The notes beneath the pieces were generated by a model. It did no database searches. It was not told where the DNA came from and saw only the letters and a list, made by a program, of their open reading frames with translations. 64,000 bases of DNA from an uncultured Spirochaetaceae bacterium (GTDB taxonomy: Bacteria; Myxococcota_A; UBA9160; UBA4427), in NCBI GenBank assembly GCA_964515335.1, contig CAZETS010000005.1:10174-74173 (forward strand), in the 5' to 3' direction. Positions 59,698 to 64,000 of this stretch are shown here, piece after piece (position 1 is the first letter of the stretch; every line of letters starts with the position of its first letter). Made by a program: the position numbers and the translations under genes.

Positions 59698-60127
59698 CCT
59701 CGATGAAGGCGCATACGAAGTCGCCCATCGCGGCCTCGATCTCGGCGTTCGCCGACGTCGGGAACGAGCGGCAGGGCCCCTCGGCCTTGCCGGTCCGGAA
59801 CGGGCCCACGAGCGTGACCTCGCCCTTGCTCTTCACCGTGACGATCGCGCGATGGCGCCCGCGCCCCAGCTCGAACTCGACGGCGTGCAGGTGCTTGTCG
59901 TCCACCCGCGGAACCGAGAGGGAGACCTCCAGCTGCGGGGCGGTGGGCCGAACGGCGGCGTGGTAGCGCCCGAGCGCCGAAGCGACCCGGCCGTGCAACG
60001 ACCTTGCGCAGCTCCAGGCGTCATCCAGCGCCTCGGCGTGGCGGGCCTCGCGGTCGGCGAGACGCCGGCCGAGCTCGGCGAGCCGTTCTTCGATCTTCTC
60101 GTTTGCTTCGGATCGGGTATCGGACAT
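59681..60127 (-). CDS. Hypothetical protein (N-terminal coiled coil, no recognised domain)
   Basis: ATG with GGGAGG/GAGG upstream. Its position is consistent with the neighbouring genes and the stop overlaps the gshA start region. No motif was recognised. Confidence 0.45.
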   Translation of the reverse strand: MSDTRSEANEKIEERLAELGRRLADREARHAEALDDAWSCARSLHGRVASALGRYHAAVRPTAPQLEVSLSVPRVDDKHLHAVEFELGRGRHRAIVTVKSKGEVTLVGPFRTGKAEGPCRSFPTSANAEIEAAMGDFVCAFIEDAVAP

Positions 60128-60303
60128 GGCGGACCTCGCCTCCCTGGGCCGGGCCGGCGCCGGGTGGAGCTTCGACGTTGCTGCCCGGCTGCCCGGCGAC
60201 CCTGGGAGTGCAACGGGGGCGCGAGGGCCCGTCCGTCACGTTAGCGCGACAGGGGAAATGCCTTCGATGCCGCGGCGCGGGGGCGGATTCGGTGGCGGGT
60301 GTG

Positions 60304-61704
60304 TCAGAGCGCCTCGTCGGCGGCCACCAGGGTCGCCGAGCCGAGATCCGAGAGCAGCAGGTCGCGCCGCGCCTTGAAGAGCGCCCAGTCCTGACGGGCC
60401 ACGCCGTCTGCGGGCGGCGAGACGATGTCGAGGGGATTCACGTAGCGGCCGTTCTTCTGTACACGGAAGCAGACGTGCGGGCCGGTCGCGAGGCCGGTGG
60501 AGCCCACGTAGCCGATGATCTGCTTCTGCTCGACGGTGTCGCCGACCTTCATCCCCTCCTCGAAGGCCGAGAGATGCGCGTAGTAGGACACGTAGCCGGT
60601 GCGGTGCTTGACCTTCACGAGATTGCCGGACGCCCCCGCCCAGCCGCGATAGATCACCGTGCCATCGGCCACCGACCAGACCGGCGAGCCCGCCGCCGCC
60701 GCGTAGTCGATGCCGCGATGCGGGCGCACGACGCCGAGGATCGGATGCCGCCGCGCAGTCGTGAACGCCGAGCTGATGCGCCGGTACTCGAGGGGCGCCA
60801 CCAGGAAAGCCCGCTCGATCGCGCTGCCGTCGGGCCGGTAGTAGCCGGCGCCGCGACTGGCCTCGCCCTCGAAGAGCACCGCCTCGAAATCGCCCACGCT
60901 CCCCCGGTAGCGGGCCGCGAGGATGCGTCCGGGCTTGACGTAGACCTCGTCGCCTTCGGGGTCGGTGCGGTAGAGACGCTCGTAGAGGATCTCGAAGTCA
61001 TCGCCGGGACGGACGTTTCGACTGAAGTCGATGTCCCAGGCGAAGATGTCCGCGAAGGCCCCGGCGAGCGCCGAGTGCTCGCCGGCCCGCACGATCGCCT
61101 CGTAGAGCGAGCTCTCGATGCCACCGCTCACCTTCGCGAGCTCGGTGCGCAGCGCGGCCTGGTCCTCGCGCACCGCGTAGCGGGCTCCCTCCCAGAACAG
61201 GTAGAAGCTCTTTTCCGCGCTCGTCGAGTAACGGAAGTCGAGCACCATGCCGTCGGGGTCCTGGCCGAGCCGGTAGCTGTGGCCGGGCTGAGCGCGACGG
61301 AAGTCGAAGACGCCGCGCAGCTCGCGGGCGATCAGATGGATGGTCGCCGAGGAGATTCCCTGCCCGCGCAGCGCCGTGGAAAGCGTCTGGCCCCGCTGGA
61401 GCACACCCTTGGTGACGATCGTGAGCGGTGTCGGCGGAGCCCAGCCCTCGTCGTCCGGTCGGACGTGTTCGGGCAGATGCAGGGGCAGTGTCTCGATCGC
61501 GACGGGCGCGTACTCGGCGACCACCTTCGAGCCCGGCCCGTCGCGCAGCGCGGCGGGCGGTTGCGCGGACACGTCCGGCGTGTCGCCCGGCTCGGGCGCA
61601 TCGAATCCGAACAGGAAGACAGTTGCGACGAGCAGGGCCGCCAGCGGTCCGCGAGCGGTGCTCGACGGCGACTGGAGCGGGCCCCGCGCCTGGGGGAAGG
61701 GCAC
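60304..61704 (-). CDS. M23-family metallo-endopeptidase (MepM/NlpD-like)
   Basis: RPHRGIDYAAAAGSPVWSVADGTVIY...VKHRTGYVSYYAHLS...GYVGSTGLATGPHVCFRV (HxxxD ... HxH zinc motifs). N-terminal membrane anchor. Confidence 0.85.
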   Translation of the reverse strand: MPFPQARGPLQSPSSTARGPLAALLVATVFLFGFDAPEPGDTPDVSAQPPAALRDGPGSKVVAEYAPVAIETLPLHLPEHVRPDDEGWAPPTPLTIVTKGVLQRGQTLSTALRGQGISSATIHLIARELRGVFDFRRAQPGHSYRLGQDPDGMVLDFRYSTSAEKSFYLFWEGARYAVREDQAALRTELAKVSGGIESSLYEAIVRAGEHSALAGAFADIFAWDIDFSRNVRPGDDFEILYERLYRTDPEGDEVYVKPGRILAARYRGSVGDFEAVLFEGEASRGAGYYRPDGSAIERAFLVAPLEYRRISSAFTTARRHPILGVVRPHRGIDYAAAAGSPVWSVADGTVIYRGWAGASGNLVKVKHRTGYVSYYAHLSAFEEGMKVGDTVEQKQIIGYVGSTGLATGPHVCFRVQKNGRYVNPLDIVSPPADGVARQDWALFKARRDLLLSDLGSATLVAADEAL

Positions 61705-61980
61705 CCGTATCTCCTCTGACTACGAGCTGGGCACGAACGGCTGGTTGATCGGGGGGGCACGCGTCGCTGTGAACGCGGCCTATACTTAGCCGCTCGCGTG
61801 CGGCTGTGCACGGCAGATCGTCGGCACGCGCCGCCGCAACCCCGCCTTTTCGCACGACCATCGAAACCCACCGGATCCGCGGTCCCCGCCGGAAACGCGC
61901 AGCGAGCCAACGAGGGCCGGGGCGCGGGGGACGGGCCACGGTTCGCGCGGGAAGAGGCCATCATCGAACTCGGACCCCGC

Positions 61981-63483
61981 ATGCAGCACTCGCCACACCG
62001 ACTTGCTCGCTTTCCCACCGGCGCAGGGATCGCGGGGCTGATCGCCACGCTGCTGCTGCTGTCTGCACCGCGACCGGCCTGGCCGGTCTGGCCCTTCGAC
62101 TCCGCGGCGGATCCGGCGGCGCCGGAAGCCACCGAAGAGGTGGCGGGGTTCCTCTCCGAGATGATCCGGCACCCCACCTTCGAGCCGCCCGGCAACGAGC
62201 AGCTGGTGGCGGAGGTGATCGTCGAGCGACTCGCCGGGGCCGGCATCGAGTCGCGGATCGTCGACACGCCGGGCGAGGGCCGCGCGGCCGCCTGGGCGCG
62301 CGTGCCCGGCAGCGGCGCCGCTCGCCCGATCGTGCTGCTGTCGCACATCGACGTCGTGCCGGCCGACGCCGACGCCTGGGAGCGCGATCCCTTCGGCGGA
62401 GAGATCGCAGGCGGCTTCGTCCACGGCCGCGGCGCCCTCGACGCCAAGGGCGTGACGGCCGTGCAGGTGTTCGCGCTACTCGCAGTCGCCCGCCGCGGGA
62501 CGCCGCTCGAGCGGGACGTGATCCTGCTCGCGACGCCGGGCGAAGAGACCGGCGGCCTCGACGGCGCGGGCTTCATCGCGCGTGAGCATCCCGAACTGCT
62601 CGGCGACGCCGAGTACCTGCTGACCGAGGGCGGCAGCATCCGCCCGCGCCGGCGCGGTCCCGGCTCGCCCGACGTGCCGCCGATGTGGGGCGTCACGGTC
62701 ACCGAGAAGAGCCCGTGCTGGCTCGAGCTGTCCACCCGGGGAACGCCCGGCCACGGCTCCTCGCCGCGGCGCGACGCCGCCGTGCCCCGGCTGATCGCGG
62801 CGCTCGATCGCGTGCGGCGCGTCGAGGCGCCGGTGCGCGTGCTCCCCGAGGTCGAGACCATGTTCCTCGCGCTCGCCGCCAGCGCGCCCGCCGAGGACCG
62901 GGCGGGCTTCGTTTCGCTCGCCAGCTCGCTCGACGCGGACTCCGACTTCGCGCGCCGCTTCCTGTCCGAGCCCGGCTACAACGCGCTGGTCCGCAACACG
63001 ATCTCGATCACGGTGCTCGAGGCCGGCGTCAAGACCAACGTGGTTCCCGGCGTCGCGCGCGCGCGACTCGACGTGCGGCTGCTGCCCGGCGAGCGCTGCG
63101 CGGACTTCGTGCGCGCCCTCGAGAACGTCGTCGCCGACCCCCTGGTCTCGATCGAGACGCTGCTCTCGTTTCCATCGCTGAGCTCGCCGGCCGACACCGA
63201 GCTGTTCCGGGCCATCGAACGGGTCGCGCTGGCCCACGACCCGGACGCGCTCGTCGTGCCCCGCATGATCGGCGGCTTCACCGACGCCCACTGGTTTCGC
63301 GAGCTCGGCATCCTGTCCTACGGCTTCGTGCCCCGCTGGCTCGACACCCCCGACGCCCGGGGCGTGCACGGCACCGACGAGCGGGTCTCGGTGGAGAATC
63401 TCGAGCGGGGCGTCGTGACGACGGTGGAGATCCTCGAGGCGCTCGAAGGGCGGCCCGCGAGCGGCCCGCCGTCAGCCCTCTGA
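61981..63483 (+). CDS. M20-family metallopeptidase (ArgE/DapE/ACY1/CPG2 type), secreted
   Basis: Signal-like N-terminus, then VLLSHIDVVPAD...GRGALDAKG...ATPGEETGG...LTEGG. Confidence 0.8.
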   Translation: MQHSPHRLARFPTGAGIAGLIATLLLLSAPRPAWPVWPFDSAADPAAPEATEEVAGFLSEMIRHPTFEPPGNEQLVAEVIVERLAGAGIESRIVDTPGEGRAAAWARVPGSGAARPIVLLSHIDVVPADADAWERDPFGGEIAGGFVHGRGALDAKGVTAVQVFALLAVARRGTPLERDVILLATPGEETGGLDGAGFIAREHPELLGDAEYLLTEGGSIRPRRRGPGSPDVPPMWGVTVTEKSPCWLELSTRGTPGHGSSPRRDAAVPRLIAALDRVRRVEAPVRVLPEVETMFLALAASAPAEDRAGFVSLASSLDADSDFARRFLSEPGYNALVRNTISITVLEAGVKTNVVPGVARARLDVRLLPGERCADFVRALENVVADPLVSIETLLSFPSLSSPADTELFRAIERVALAHDPDALVVPRMIGGFTDAHWFRELGILSYGFVPRWLDTPDARGVHGTDERVSVENLERGVVTTVEILEALEGRPASGPPSAL

Positions 63484-64000
63484 GGACGGCGACGCACCTC
63501 CGCGGCCACCGAGCTTCCGCACGGTCGCCATCACGACGCGCAGGGCATCCTCGGTCCCGTTCGCGCGCCCCTTCTCGAAGTCGCCCTCGATCTGCCCCAT
63601 CTGGTTGGTGACGTGGGCGAAGCAGATCAGCGGCTTGCTGCGTGCCCGCGCGAACGCGTAGAGGGCCGCCGCCTCCATCTCGACGGCGAGCAGACCGCGG
63701 CCGCGCATCGACTCGATGGCCTGCTCGGTCTCGCGAAAGGGCGCGTCGGTCGTCCAGGTGGCGCCCTTCAGGACCGGGAAGTCGAGCTTCTCGAAGGCGC
63801 CCTCGAGGGCTTCGATCAAGTGCTCGGGGGCGTCGCTGTACGTCGACGGGGGCAGGTAGTGGTAGCTCGTGCCCTCGTCGCGCAGCGCCCGGTCGATCAG
63901 CACGAAGTACGGCGGCTGCCGGGCGGGCACGAGCTGTCCCGACGAGGTCACGCTGACGAGCAGCCGGCAACCCGAGGCGAACAGCTCCTCGGCGACGAGC
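63472..64000 (-). CDS. PNP_UDP_1-family nucleoside phosphorylase (N-terminus beyond the window edge)
   Basis: GATWTTDAPFRETEQAI...GLLAVEMEAAALYAFA. My own translation shows the frame stays open to position 64000 (LVAEELFASGCRLLVSVTSSG...). Confidence 0.7.
   Translation of the reverse strand, partial: LVAEELFASGCRLLVSVTSSGQLVPARQPPYFVLIDRALRDEGTSYHYLPPSTYSDAPEHLIEALEGAFEKLDFPVLKGATWTTDAPFRETEQAIESMRGRGLLAVEMEAAALYAFARARSKPLICFAHVTNQMGQIEGDFEKGRANGTEDALRVVMATVRKLGGRGGASPSSEG

Noticed and set aside
1-64000. A search by eye for tRNA, rRNA, tmRNA, CRISPR, IS elements, integrases, toxin-antitoxin pairs or known defence-system genes
   Set aside because: None was recognised. All longer intergenic regions are under 360 bp and lack cloverleaf-like or rRNA-like sequence. 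A covariance-model scan (tRNAscan-SE or Infernal/Rfam) would be needed to exclude small ncRNAs.

Overview
This is a high-GC (roughly 70%) bacterial chromosomal window. It looks proteobacterial or Myxococcota-like, but the taxon cannot be fixed from the sequence alone. I call about 58 protein-coding genes. I found no rRNA, tRNA, CRISPR array, transposase or integrase. All calls come from reading the supplied translations, plus my own translation of the two edge-truncated genes, against remembered family motifs; no database search was possible. Because of the GC content, most long ORFs in the track are antisense or N-terminally over-extended artefacts, so I trimmed starts using conserved N-termini, Shine-Dalgarno motifs and stop/start overlaps. 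The main result is an 11-gene, almost fully translationally coupled minus-strand operon at 7726-20810: FabH-like, FabA-like, FabG-like, FabZ-like, KAS I/II, a divergent ACP, a PlsC-like acyltransferase, a PPTase, a 1,891-codon single-chain eukaryote-style acyl-CoA carboxylase, FolB and an LpxL-family acyltransferase. It reads as a self-contained auxiliary lipid-assembly system with its own carrier protein, activating enzyme, extender-unit supply and two installing acyltransferases, but no FabD and no enoyl reductase. Downstream on the same strand (1-7572) are an ABM-domain protein, a GPH/MFS transporter, split FO synthase (cofG/cofH), a methyltransferase, an ArnC-like GT2 and a DegT aminotransferase. 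Other points worth a second look: (1) a 33%-GC 12-bp x5 tandem repeat between an ECF sigma gene and its anti-sigma gene, which also encodes a (MKRS)n mini-ORF; (2) an orphan rplC whose TAG stop is in frame with an rlmE that has no canonical start codon ahead of its conserved N-terminus; (3) a REC-PAS-like response regulator followed 5 nt later by an unrecognisable 566-aa membrane protein; (4) a PAS-DHp-REC protein with no ATPase domain; (5) a DinG-type helicase with a degenerate exonuclease domain.
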